DNA of 64,000 bases from Lingula anatina (lineage: Eukaryota > Animalia > Brachiopoda), in assembly GCA_051362555.1 (NCBI GenBank), contig CM120641.1, positions 372,001-436,000 of the forward strand, read 5' to 3'. Every line of letters begins with the position of its first letter. Within the stretch, counting starts at the first letter, position 1. Below, one piece after another: positions 25,253-38,800 of the stretch. The position numbers were made by a program, and so were the translations under genes. The notes under the pieces are model-generated. The model saw nothing but the letters and a program-made list of their open reading frames with translations. It did not search any database and was not told the DNA's origin.

Positions 25253-28200
25253 TTAAAATCTCAGTATATAAAGAAGGGAAGGGAGAATGACAGAAGTTGA
25301 AGAAGCCAGGGAGATAACAGCTAGTCAGATGATAAGAATCTTAATTATTCTGACTTGGCTGCATTTCATAAAATTTACTGTCCTTAGAGTTCAGGACCAA
25401 GAGACATTTTTCACATGTGTTATATGCTAAAATTAATGTCTTTTTTATGCCTTTTTACGCTTTTTTGGCCATCTCTATATTATTGATGAGCTTAGCCCAG
25501 CTGGTGGTACCTCCATACTTACCCAGGAGATGACAGCACCTCTCTGATCTTCTCATTGATACTTAGAATATGTATTTTATAGTTGAGACAGATTGGGTCT
25601 TACATTTCCTTTATACTCAGTATGATTACCAGAATTAGTAATATAGCATTGCTTCAGGCTTGAAAAAAAAAAAAAAAAAAAGAATTCCGTGTGGATTAGA
25701 TGTGCCAAGGGCTGAGTAGATTACCTGATCTGAGACCATGATAGTACATTTATCTCGCTTGGAGCTCACTTTTGTCTTTTACATAAGAAAATTACATTTT
25801 GCATTATGTAATGTGTGGCAAAAGAAACATGCCAAATCTCCATTTCCATGGTATGAAAGTTGTGGTAAAATTGACAACTTAAACCACCCTTTTATTATTT
25901 TTTTAATTGCAATGTTGGGAGTATGGCTGAATAAAACTGCTTGGAACTTGATATAAAAGCTGTCAGATTTGAAGTGACTATATTGCTTGCGTCTAAATTC
26001 CTAAGATATATCTTAGTATTTGGCATGATAAAAATTGCCTTCACAGGTTGATTGGCATTTTTTATAGATAAGATTAGTGCTCTCTTGAAATTTACCATTT
26101 CTATAAACTAGTATCTCTTGTCTATCTCAACAGATCAATGTAGACCTAATTGGAAATTGAAACCATAGAAAAGAGAGAGATGAAGACTTGTATCAAAGCA
26201 AAAACTGAACTGGGGAATTATTGAGACTCTAGGTGCTACTTGTACATGCTCTGCTATGCTTCATACCCTGCCCATGCATGTATTTTGTAGGCACTATTTT
26301 TATACACTGGTGTCTGAAAAGCATTTTTGGTTGAGACACAGGCTAGACATTTTTTATGCTCTATGTTGTGAAAAGGTAATTTAATAGTTGATACTTTCTC
26401 ATTTTACTTATATAATTTGCTGCAGCATATTGTTCCTTTTGATTCCTGGAAATATTGTTAAAATTTGACTTATTACAAATTTATTTTTAAAATAGGGAAT
26501 GTTCATTGTTCAGATAGTTTTTTTGATAGTTTTTTTTCTGGGGGTAGGGATTTTTTGCCTTAGGAAGACTATATGAAGGAAGCAAGAAGCTGTCTGTCTT
26601 ATGCAGGCATCATGACTACTTGAAGCACTTACAATGTCGCACTTTACCAGTAGCTATCGTATTATAGTAAGATATCATCAAGAATTTGTGTATCTCAAGA
26701 GAATTTGAATAGCTCAAGGGTTTTTCCAGTATCATGCTAACCAGCTGAGGCATGTAAATGGCCTGTCTTTAGACAACTTCCTCAGTCAATCTTTAGCAAC
26801 GCTACAAGTCAGAGTGATGATTCTGGTATTGTTGTTTTCCTGCAGGTATAAACAACTGTAAAATTAATATCTTCATGTTACTTTGTATGTGGTTTGAGCT
26901 CTACCTCGTGATCCTGTGTGGGCACTCTCACTGCATTAGATCTGTTGATCAAGTTCAGGCCATCCATGTGTGAAGTTCCAAATTCCATATTCATGCTCTC
27001 ATCTGCTGTCAATTTAAGGGCAGTAGGCCACCAGCCAAACAAACATTTTATGGCAATTGTAACCAAGTCTTAATGTTTTCAATTTTTTGTGAATTTTGCA
27101 TATCTTTGGTCGGGAAACTGTGCGTTCCATTTTCAGGAGTTACCCGGCAATCTTATGTACTTTCAATTTATGTACTTTCAGTTATCTCATTTTTAGAAGA
27201 TATCTGATAGTTTACATGAAATAATGTGCATGGGCTTGATCTGTGCTTATATTAAGAGGAAATGTTTTCATTGGTTTAAAACTTTTTAGATGCCAAATTA
27301 TATTGATTTATTACTTATTGGTGCCATCAAGCCTCTGTTATCAAGCCCATACTTCTATTTACCCAGAGGGAACCTTTTCCCAGCAAAAAAGGGGGGTTCT
27401 TGTGACACCCCCCCCGAACCCCCCTGATGGCTGCGGGCGGCTTATGGTAATGTATTCTGGCACTGCCCTTGTAGTGAGATGTAATTGTTTTCTAAGGGTC
27501 TATGATCAGGTGTTGCTTCATATACAGGTGGTAGCCCGCATCTGTGCATTTTATGAACAGAAATCATTTATCTATAAAGCTTTCTTTGATACAGCAGCCA
27601 GTAAAGAGATCAAAGTCATTTGATCGGATTAGATAGACCACCTTTGTAGAGTGTCCTGGTATTGAGGTACTGAGAATTTGTAATATACTAGAATGTTGTA
27701 AACAAGAGGAGGTGTGTAAATCTGTTTATCTGATTGCTTTCAGCAAGAGTCCCAGTGGAGTTAGTACACAGTAGCTAGTAAGATAGAGCCATTGTGAATG
27801 CAGCCTCCTAGCTGTCTCTGTTTATTGTATGCATGGTGTCATAAATTATAATCATCATTATGATAAAAGGCCATGAAATTGCAATAATGTTGACAGCTAC
27901 ATCAGGTGGTGTATAGTTGTAAATTAAGTCAAAACACCGTAATCTTCTCTGAAACTGCGATGATTGGTTTGCTTTCAAAACAATTATAAACACGCGAGTT
28001 GAACTATGAAATGTTATGTTGTTGTCCTTGGTTCAGCTGAGAGCAAAAGTAGACAGGTTAACGAGGACGCTTGTCAATCAAAAACCAATTATTGATCATA
28101 GAAACATGCTTATTTTTATTCATGTATTGTCTCACCACCTGTAGATCAGTGCACATATTTTATACAGGCTTTTAGTGTTTATTTGGACTTTATCATATCT

Positions 28201-28719
28201 GCAACAAATGAACTCATTGCACTTGGACTCAGACACAATTTTATTGTAAAGCTAAATTCTACCTAGTTAGCAATAATTACATTTTGGTATTGTCATATTA
28301 TTCTTCCAAGTTAAACAATATCTTTTTCGTGCATTGTGTTGATTTTTTTAATCACTGATAGACATTCCCCAGTTTTGTCATGGCAATGTTTCTCTTATCA
28401 CTGTCTGTTAAAAATTAGGAATCATTTGCTATATATATGACCAAAAGTGATTATCTGAAGAAATGTGTCACAAGGCCTACAGCTCAGCATGATCAGGTGC
28501 ACATGGCATATTGATCCATCCAGTACTTTTTATTCTTGAATGTGTCAACAGATTGCACACACATAGTAGAGTTGTCTATGTGATGGCAGTGTGTGATGCA
28601 TGGTTCTTGTTGTAAATGAATTCTTCAATATCTCACTGCTGCACTTTCTGCCAATGAAACACCTGTCATTGTGCTGAGCATATAATGGTTGATTTGTGTC
28701 ATCCAAGATGGTGTTATGA

Positions 28720-28870
28720 CAGGCCCTTAGCCAGGGGGGGTTCGGGTGGTTCGAAAGAACCACCCTTTTTGCTGGGAAAAGGTCCACTCTGGTTAAAATT
28801 TGACCTATGTACTTGAGGATTTTATGGTAAAAGGTCCACTTTTTCAGAAAACGAACCCCCCCTCCCTAAC
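28720..28870 (+). mobile_element. CAGGCCC-type MITE; related fragments at about 1655-1740 and 27362-27440 (inverted)
   Basis: Shared tttttgc(c/t)gggaaaagg(t) motif, with G-runs and C-runs at the ends. Confidence 0.55.
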
Positions 28871-29259
28871 TTTCTTTTTTTTTACCATTTTTTTGACTTG
28901 CATGACTTGATTGACTTTGCTGAGAGTTAAATGCAAAACAGATACATATGTATGATTCAGAAGTGTGATACCACAATACTTGTGTCAGACAGTAGAATGA
29001 CACATGCATCATAATTATGAGTGCTCATGCAATTGCTCTCAATTCTGCTCAAAAGAGCAACTGCTCCTAGTTTCTAGTGAAGTTTGTTATATATATATAA
29101 TTTCTTACTAATTTTTGTCAGTTTTCCTTAGGACTCACTTAATTTTTTTGTAAATGATTATCTGAAAGACAGGACAAACAAACAAACAAACAAACCCAAG
29201 GAGAAAGTAGCCAAGTTTTTTATTTTGATTTTTTTCTATTAAAATTTTAAACCCCTTCT

Positions 29260-29306
<47 letters not shown>

Positions 29307-30526
29307 TGACTTAAGCAAGAGACTGAACATGTGTGAATTCACTCCGACACCTGACACCGCCCTTAAATTGTATATCATGATAATAGGTTTGAATGATTGA
29401 TTTAATGACCGCAGACATAGGAAATTGGCAGTAATAAAATTCCATGAAAACTAGGTTGTGTTGTCGTTGTCTGACTTTCCAATCACATCTACATATTCCA
29501 GGTACACCTGCTATGGTTGTTGAACTCCAGGTATGCCCAGTAAGTGTGAACTCCAGATCCGAAATGGCATATGGCACTTGTACGTCTAGATCAAAGAAAA
29601 GATTGCAACTTTTGAAAAGAAAAATCCTACCAACTTCATTTTTGAACTTAGATTGTATTTCACAGCAGATTTTAAGAAAAAGAATACAAAAAAATTCTGT
29701 TTTCTGGGTGCTTTGGCAACATTTTTAAAGGCATATAGACTAATAATATTAATGCAAAAAGTAGTTTTTCTTAGCTCTTGGTGCAGTACTCCATGCAGAC
29801 ACACACCTAGACTGTTGTTGGGCCTTGTCTTTCTTTTACCACAAAATCTGAAGTTTAGTGCCCCTTTCTTTCTCAGTTGAATTGATAGAAGAATTGCATG
29901 TGACTTGGTGATATGGGTTGAAGGCAATAAACTGAAAGCAGACAGTAAAGATGCAGGGTGAGGACATTAATTCATCCTTTCAGCTAAAATAGATTAAAAA
30001 GAAAGAAAACTGGAGCTGACTGCCAGGAAGAGTTTAAGTACAGTATGCGTGGCTGAAGACAGACTGATTGCTACAGAATCATCATTAAGTTCATCATTTT
30101 CTAAATGCTTTGGGGAACATCAGTATATAGAGTGTTTATGGTCAGTGTTTTCTTGGAAAATGAGCTTTTTCATAGCTAGCATACAAAAAATCTTTCCTCA
30201 TTTGTTCGGAGTAAATGTTTGCTACATTGAGTTCTTTGGTATGAATTTTTCAAGAAGTAAATACATGTACCAAGAAAATGTTTGCTGTCCCTAGACTTTG
30301 GCTTTCTTGGATTGGTTAAATGGCCTATGCTTATACCAACTAATTGCTGCAAGTGTATGATACAAGTGCTTTTCCCAGGGATTAATTTGTTTGATCACTT
30401 TGCAAGGCACATTAACACCACTGGATTATAGATTTTTAGACATGGTAAAAGTTAAGTGTGTAATGTTTTCTTGTCATTGTGAGTGGAGAAAAAATCTGAG
30501 AAAACAGTGATAATTTTACCCCTATA

Positions 30527-30571
<45 letters not shown>

Positions 30572-31820
30572 AAAGAGAGATTTGAAAAACATTGCAATTT
30601 TTTATAGGAAAATAAAGACAACAAATAATTTTTCAATTTTTCATATTTTATTTGTACTTGAACAATATCACACAACATGTAGAGTTACAGTGTAATAAAA
30701 AAAGTGTCCCTCTCCCCCCCCCCCTGTAACTTAATTTTATGCGTATGTTACCAGCTGTATAAGTAAGTCTTTGCAACAGAAGAGCTAAATCTAACAATAT
30801 CTCGATGTCAGTAATGACGGACAAGAGGATGGATAAATTGAACAACAAATAAAATGATTTAATGTAATCGTAAGGTTGTTTAAAAGGAAAAAAGATACTG
30901 TGCACAGTAATTTATCTCAGGTGATGGGCTATTAAGAGACCAAATCCCACACCCACTGAAACTTGTACGTATATACACCTATGCGTTGAAACACAAAATA
31001 GGTATTGAAGAGAAACCCTCTGTAGAACTGGGAAATTGTTTGATAATTGTGGTAAAGCTGGTAGTTTTTAGGCTGGTCTGAAGAGCAAATATTGTTAAAA
31101 ATACTGATTGCATTGTCTGTGTATCCCTAAGTTAAGCTCTTGCAGCCAGATGGGAAATTAACCATAAGAGAGTAAGAAAACGAAGTATAGTTTTATCAAT
31201 AAGTGAACTATTTGATAGATGTACATGTTGGGAATAGGACGAGAGAGGTCCTTTAGTGTACTCTAGTGTACATGGATACCTGAAATAAACAAAACCCAGA
31301 TTGAAGATGTAAATCATGTGGGACCTTGATTCATTTTTTTTTTTTTTGATATCGAGGGCAACAAGTGCAGCTTATTTTTCAGGCTTGCTTGTCATGTATA
31401 TACTGATAATTTGATTAGGTGTAATCATTCTTTTGGTCTTCTGCAGAAGGCAAAGTACACTACCTATTTTTTACTTGATATATCATGAATCTTGTACTGT
31501 GGTGATTTATGAGAAATCTCTTGGGAGATTTATAAAACTGAGATTACAGTGGAATAAATGGATAAACCAACAATGATAACTCAGTTTCCTGCGTTCTGGA
31601 TTTCTATCATCTGCCTGGAAACAGGATGCTGTTTTCCATTTTCTGTTTAAGATGATTTATTTCAAATGAGGAAAAAATAGAGTAAAATGTCTAGCATACT
31701 TGAAGAATCACCTGTCCACAGGCTGGTGTACAATGTATAGGGAAAATATTGTGTTTTGTTGTTAAAAAATGTAATGGAAAAAATAGATATGATGAAGGGC
31801 CCATTTATGTTCAGATATCA

Positions 31821-32055
31821 GACCAGCTGGGCCAGTCCAACTCTGCAGGGAATCCTCTCTAAGTGCAATCAATGGGATCAGCTTAATTGTCTGACACGCC
31901 TCCTTGAGCAGCAAGAGGGTAATTTATTTGCGCACACACAGAAGTTAATCACACACCTAGCTGCTCAAGGAGGCGTGTCAGATAATTAAGCTTAATCCAC
32001 TGATTGCACTTCAGAGAGAATCCCATGCAGAGTTGGACCAACGTACCCAGCTGGT
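31821..32055. mobile_element. Foldback MITE related to family A; half-copies at about 27704-27790 and 47245-47335
   Basis: accagctggg...gcttaattgtctgacacgcctccttgagcagc / gctgctcaaggaggcgtgtcagataattaagc...cccagctggt. Confidence 0.8.
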
Positions 32056-33986
32056 ACAAAAATGTCTCAATCTGAATATAGTCTAAGATCATAATGTTTG
32101 CCATTATGGTGCAGTTTATCATGAAATACTTTATTTTTTATCAATTGAAACAATTTTATTTTTACTTTCTCTCCTAGGTTTGCTTGTCATTGACATGGTC
32201 TCTAAATGTTTTTTTCAGAAATCACAGCTACTCACACAATTGCATCGTAGCCTAATTCACCATCTGCAACTTCAACATCTGACATTCTGATGATGTTCTG
32301 TACTAATGTATACAACATGGGGCATCATCAGAAGTTGCTCAGTGTGCAATATGTTTTGGAGTAAAATTCAAACAGCTGGCATGATTGACTGTACACTAGG
32401 GATTATCAGATGTAGCAGAGGGGAGCTCTCTAAAGTTGCCCTGAGGTGCAGAAAATGCCCAGAAGGTTAAAGGTTCTATTAATCTTCACCCTGTACCAGT
32501 TATGAAAATCAATAACTAAATAACAACATGGAAAAACACGGATAATATCTGTAATTGTTTAGGTATGGACAAAATCAATGTGTACAAGAAATACAATGTG
32601 AGGTGAAAAATAAAAAGTGTAAATATAGCTGTCTAAAAGAGGTGAAAAAGTTGTACAATACCATGATTGAAAATAGTTGTGCCATTGAAAAAGTGTTATG
32701 ACATTGAAAAAAAAATCAGTATAAACACACCACAGATTGCAGTACTAACAAATGTTGAAAAAAGTGTATCACAATATTGAAGTATAGAGTAGCAAGATGT
32801 TCTTCTATATACTTACTTTGGTTTTCCATATTATTCCGAGTCAGGTATTCTCTGAGGCCCTAATTGCCTCATGTAAATAGATCTTTTAATTTACAGGCCA
32901 TGTACCCCTGTTCACAGATAGAGAAATGTAATTTCCAGGTGATTTCGTCATAATGGCAGATGCTACACCTAACTGATTTATCTAGGGGCCTCAATTTGTG
33001 TTATAGCCAAGAGAATAATACCGTTAAGTTTCTTCTGCAATAACCTCATGCAAAGTGACAATTAAAACCTCATTGGCAGTTCAAGAGAGTTAATTCTTGC
33101 TTATAGTTATCTAGAAAATACTGTCTAAATATACAGATGAAATAGCATAAAGACAGTATTTAGAATATTGAAGTAGGATTGAAACACTGATATGATAAGA
33201 TTTATGAATAAAGAATCTGTAAATTCTTAAGGGGAAAGTCTGGTGCAATTATTAAGGAAGCTGTTTGTCTTATACTGTGCTTCATCTGATTTGCAATTTA
33301 TATTGACATGTACTTGCAAACCTATTAGATATAACCCTAATTTAATCTTCTTATCCAATTTTTGTACAAATATATTAAATGATTATTGTAGATGATTAAA
33401 TGAGTCTAACTAAATTGTACTTAATCTCATCATTGATGCCATGAATATTTCACTTGCATTTGGAAAAGGCATCTGGTTGAATGGTACAAATGATGCTCTT
33501 TGCAGCACCAAGTAATTGCACTAGGTTTACGAGTTGTCAATTTTCCATGGATGTCATGTTTCAAAGTAGGAAATCTCAAATTTACTTAGATAAATTTCAT
33601 TGATTGGACCTTTTTCTATCTAAACTTGCAATAAATGTGTCATCTATTATACTGCATTGAGTAAGAGTTGACATATTGAATGCTAAGTGCTAAATAACTC
33701 GTACATTTGAACATCTAAACATTTGTGATTTATATCAGTTAGCCTACGGTTGGTACCCTTAATTTCCCTTAACATTCATTTTTTTATGGGGGTGAAGTGG
33801 GATGGATAAAAAGTGCACCACTAAAATTTTCCATGAAATTTGTGTATCAGTTTCCAATCAGTGATAAACATTCAACCTAATTGAATTTAATTTCTGAACA
33901 TAACAGGGATTAACTTCTCTACCCTTTTCACCCTGAGTGTCACACTGATTGGTATCAGTGTATCAAAATTAAATGAAGGGTGTCCC

Positions 33987-33989
<3 letters not shown>

Positions 33990-34038
<49 letters not shown>
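33990..34038. repeat. (TA)n microsatellite
   Basis: Direct reading. Other simple repeats: (TG)n at 14948, 30527 and 56037; (CT)n at 29263, 53049 and 58989; poly-C at 21239; poly-A at 53236; (ATT)n at 62886. Confidence 0.9.
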
Positions 34039-34041
<3 letters not shown>

Positions 34042-34477
34042 TATTTGGGCAAGTTTTTGATCTAGGCCCTGAGAGCGTTGCCAAGCTCCATTTTTCTCAA
34101 CAGAGCACCCTGATTAATGAACTAAGACAGGCATGCAAGCAAAAGTCACCATGTTACAGTCTTGGTATTGTTTACGTAAGTAAGTAAGTAACACAAACTT
34201 TGATTGAGTGGTTTTTAAGGTTGAAAAATTATCAATTGAAAGTTTAAAGCAAGAAATTCTTGATGAGTGTTTGTTTCTGTTAGTTTACAGCAGAAAAATG
34301 CCTTCATAAGTGATATGAATGGAAATGCAAAATGGATCTTTTCATCTACATATTATTTTTATACAGTCTTCAAGAAAAAATCAAAATTTGCCCACTGCAA
34401 TTTTCCATATATTTTTATATTTTTCCTAATGTTATCAGTCTCCTAGAATAAAAATCTAGAGATCAGTAATTTCCCAA

Positions 34478-34512
<35 letters not shown>

Positions 34513-34555
34513 CACATTATAAGGATTGATGAAAATAGAAATAGTAAATAAAATA

Positions 34556-35803
34556 TCATATGACAGTAATGGAATCTGCATTTCGGTTAAAATCTACCGA
34601 GTCAGTTGGAGCCATTGGACTTCTTGGGGTCAAGGCACCTTCTGGACATGGTGGCTTGGTTGTAGCCAAGCTGTTTTTACTTGCTATCTCTGCTTGAGCA
34701 TTTTCTTGCAGTGGCATCTTTTCTTTTTCAATCTTGGGCGGTGAAGGGGATATGTTTCTTGTCATCAGAAGACGGCTGTCAAGATTCAGCCTCTCGTCTG
34801 CAGCATTTGTCTTGAAACGTTCTCTGTACAGAGTCCGTAGACATAATTCACGTATTTGTTGGTTCATAGCACCATAAATGAGTGGTGTGATGCAAGTCCC
34901 AATGTGATGGAGAAGTGAGATGAGGATGTATACATCTCCACTGACAGTGTTGTGTCTGTCACCAAGTTTTACAAGGCCGTAGATCATGTATCCAATAATA
35001 AACACCAGAAATATCACGCCAAACATTTTGGTAATTTGAATTTCTCGTTGTGAAGTAGCATGGGCGCTTCTCACTCTTCGTGCAACTCTGCGCACATGAA
35101 TAAAAATCAGTCCAAAGCAAACAACGACAATAGCGCATGGTATGGCAATCATGTTCAAGATCACAATGACAGTCAGAGAAGTGTACTTTGGGGATACCAC
35201 ACAGCGGATGAGCTTAGGGATGAACTTTGAAGATGGACTGAGAATTAATGGTATAAGGCAGCACGCGGGAATAATGCGGGCAAGAATCAGCACCATTACA
35301 ATATACATTTTCTGGTTCATCCCATTGTAGACCGTCGTCTTCACTACCACTAAGTAACGATGTATGGCGATGAACGCGGAATGCCAGAGAGAGCATCCAG
35401 TGAAAAGTATGGCGAGTAGCGGCAGAATGGTGCACCAATGGTATTCAGCCAACCACTGCACTGTGAAGTAAGTCTGGATTACAGTTGGTTCACAGATCCC
35501 TATGTTCATTACATCATTTACACACAAACTCACGATGAAAACATTGATAGCATTCAAAAGTTTCCTGTTATAACACAATACTGCCATTATCCAAAGGTTT
35601 CCTGCCAGTCCGCCAATTGTGAATACCACCATTATAATGGCAGCCGTGATTGCTATGCCTTGTGTAGGAAGCAGATGAGTCTTACTGTTGCTTGTTGTAT
35701 TCAAAGTAGCGTTTAATGTCCCATTGTATGTATTTACAAATTCAGTCCAGTATGTCTCTGAGAAGTTGCCTTGTGAAACCAAATCCTCCACGGTAGCAGC
35801 CAT
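34556..35803 (-). CDS. Class A (rhodopsin-like) 7TM GPCR, melatonin receptor/moody/Tre1-like, single coding exon, 415 aa
   Basis: Uninterrupted ORF with N-terminal N-glycosylation sequons (NFS, NGT, NAT, NTT), TM1 GN, TM2 SLCVND, TM3 Cys and IAIHRY, ECL2 Cys, TM5 IP, TM7 TPLIYGAMN and a helix-8-like QQIR. A strong acceptor (ctttttctatttctag) about 45 nt upstream of the ATG implies a 5'UTR intron. The subfamily call is from motif memory only. Confidence 0.9.
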   Translation of the reverse strand: MAATVEDLVSQGNFSETYWTEFVNTYNGTLNATLNTTSNSKTHLLPTQGIAITAAIIMVVFTIGGLAGNLWIMAVLCYNRKLLNAINVFIVSLCVNDVMNIGICEPTVIQTYFTVQWLAEYHWCTILPLLAILFTGCSLWHSAFIAIHRYLVVVKTTVYNGMNQKMYIVMVLILARIIPACCLIPLILSPSSKFIPKLIRCVVSPKYTSLTVIVILNMIAIPCAIVVVCFGLIFIHVRRVARRVRSAHATSQREIQITKMFGVIFLVFIIGYMIYGLVKLGDRHNTVSGDVYILISLLHHIGTCITPLIYGAMNQQIRELCLRTLYRERFKTNAADERLNLDSRLLMTRNISPSPPKIEKEKMPLQENAQAEIASKNSLATTKPPCPEGALTPRSPMAPTDSVDFNRNADSITVI

Positions 35804-38800
35804 TGTTGTTCTTTAACACGAAGGTTTCCAATCAGTCTTGTGCTTCTTCTAGAAATAGAAAAAGAGCAGTTAAGTCATAGGCTCACTACTCATCAATCAA
35901 AAATGATTGTTATATTGATCATTGTCTTTTTAACTGTAAATGTTGTACATATTACCTAAAATCTGGCTGTTAGGAAGATAACCCTTGAGTTGAAGTGCTT
36001 CTGGTCAACTTTTCATCAGATTATTTCACCATAAAAGTGGCAAAATAAGGAAACTGCTTACTGAGATGACAAGAGTAGCAGTTGCAGGTCTTCATTTGTC
36101 AAGCATGATGGCTTTCTTAATTAAATCATTCACAGCGCACAAAGTGCAGCCCTTTTAATGTCAAAGTGGAAATGAATGATTCGCCTCACATACTGAAAGA
36201 CTTTTCCATGTGATTTGATATAGATAACTATATACCCTGTTGTGTGGCCTCTGCCTGCTTGACTCCTCATTGATGTTTAGTTCAAACAAAAACCAATCTG
36301 AGGGGAATTTAAACTGCTAAAAACCACCAGAATAGAGCCTCTTTTGATAATATGTTTTGTTTAGATATCTTTTTAATAAAATAATATAATTAGTACTTGA
36401 TTCTATGATAAACATTCAAAAGGACTCGATTTTATGAAAGATTTACTAATAACAAACTTGTCAGTGTTTGATTAAAGCAAGCATTCACATACTGAACAAA
36501 TAAAGCTACATAATTAAATATATTTCTTAGTTTATGACAGACAAGAAGCAATCAAATGCCTTTAATAATTATATGATGTTCTTCGTAAGTTAGACGAATT
36601 CTGTTGACATTATGAATTCTGTTCACCAAGACATCTTTGTTTTAAATATTATGGAATTTCAATATAGATTACATTCACAGCCTTTAACTTAGACTTGTTA
36701 CCAAGCATATTTACATAACAACAGTGACCATTGAACTGTAATGAATTAGATTATTTTCTTTTGTTTTCATTTTCCTTAGATATCTTATTCACAGAAACAA
36801 ACAATTAATATACAAATTTACCATGCCTGTTGCCATTTTGCTAATTAGGCTATACAGTTGATAATCTGAAGATATAATTTAGAACTTTCTTAATTAAATC
36901 TCATTTTTTTCTGATTGATACAGTTGATAATCTGAAGATTTGAAACTTTCTTAAACTACAAGAATTTCTAAACTCTGGTTCTGATGATGGCCACTGTGAA
37001 CATTGCAGAGTGTAAAAAGAAAAAAAAGCTTGCCTTATAATTCTTACACTGCACTGAGCTCTATGGCTGTCGGTGTTGCTTCTGTTCACTGCGTGCTAAA
37101 GACTGTAGTTGTTACTCCTCTTAAGACAGACACACATTCTGTTTTGTGTTTAAACGGGCACCTGTTAGCAGACTATTGATTCCTGCATTACGGAAGATCA
37201 CTTAATTATTTTTCCTCGCCTACTGGAGGTTATACTCCCACTTGGCTTTTAAACTGGCCCTTCGTGTTATTAACAGAAGAACTGAGAGAACATGTAAAGA
37301 TGACTGCAGTGTTTTAACATCTGCTGAATTATTGGAATAAAATTGCTTGGCGTCATACGTATGAGTCGTTTTTTCCCACTGATATGCACCAGTGTGTATG
37401 ATGGTATTTTGTTAAATGATGCATATTGTGTTTTTCTTCATGTATATGTATGGCAGTGTGTGCAGATGGCGTTATGTTGTCATATTTATAAAATATACCT
37501 GTATATATAAATTATTAGTTTATGAGGATAGTCTGCCTTCTGGTTCAGGTTATGCCCAGCATGTTTATTATGTACAAGCCGACACTTAGTGTCTGTACAT
37601 ATAGCCATTACCCAGGTCTGCTGTCTGTGTGCACTTTCAGAGAGAACACAAAAAAGTGGAAAACTGCAATTACCTTTTGTTTTCTAACTTAACTGATTAA
37701 TGTTCATTACATGCAGGTCTACTTTGAAATTCAGCTTGATCCAACCATTGTTCTGGAAGTTATGCAATTTTTTCACTTTCTTTATAAATGCAATACAGAT
37801 AATACATTGAATGTGAAAAATTGATGACCTGCTGTCTTCAAACTTATAGGAGTGCCCAGTTATTATTAAAATTCAAGTTGATTTGAAAACCAGTCTGATC
37901 AATGCATTTTTTCTTGAAGTTGTGCTATTTTTGTATTTTTCAGCATATATTACACTATGTGCAATACAGGTAACACATTTCATGGAAGATTGTTTTACCT
38001 ACATTGTATTGTCTTCATACTTACTGATGGATATTACTTAGATACAGGTACGATTTTGTAAACCTTTCCTTTACTTGTCTGTGTTAGAAACAGATGTTTT
38101 GAATGTTGTAGGTGACCATTTGCTATCTTTCCCTATGCTTCCTTCTGTCTAAAATATAATTTTAGTACAGTGTACTTTCATGAATGACCTATGCAAAATG
38201 CCTCTTTATGTTGCATACTTTATATAGGGGCATTATTTCAGTAGAAATAATTAAATATTGTCATCGAACAGAGTTGAGCAGAGATTTTCATCATTAAGGG
38301 GTTCTTGTATATATCCATTCTTTAATAATCCGAATATGCATGTTCCTTCCTACTTAATTGCTTGCTTCAAAGCTGTATGATATGTAATTACTTATTGCTT
38401 TGAATAGAACAGATATAGGATTTGCTCTGAGTGTTATGGTTATATGCTATGTCGGATCCTCTGAAATAGGGGTTTGTTCAATTATCAGTGACTGTGACTC
38501 CTATCTCCTTTGCATTATAATAAACATTGGCATTAGAGTCAAATATTTATCCTAACCAAACTATTGCTCACTGTCAATCATTGGCAGATCTCAACCAATC
38601 AGCATACAATATTTTCACACACTCCACTTCTTACCACAAACTAGTGATACACGGGTGGAGCTAGGATTAGTTAAAGGGGGAGTCTGCAGATACAAAGCCC
38701 CCCCCCCTCCCCCCTCCCTTTGGTACGTGTGGGGTGCAGAGCTCCTAAATTTTTTGGTATTTTTGAGGATGAACAGTGCCATTTGGTACAGTTTAGAACT

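Noticed and set aside
24664-25256. Cys-rich/hydrophobic ORFs
   Set aside because: They are translations of the minisatellite and appear in several frames on both strands.
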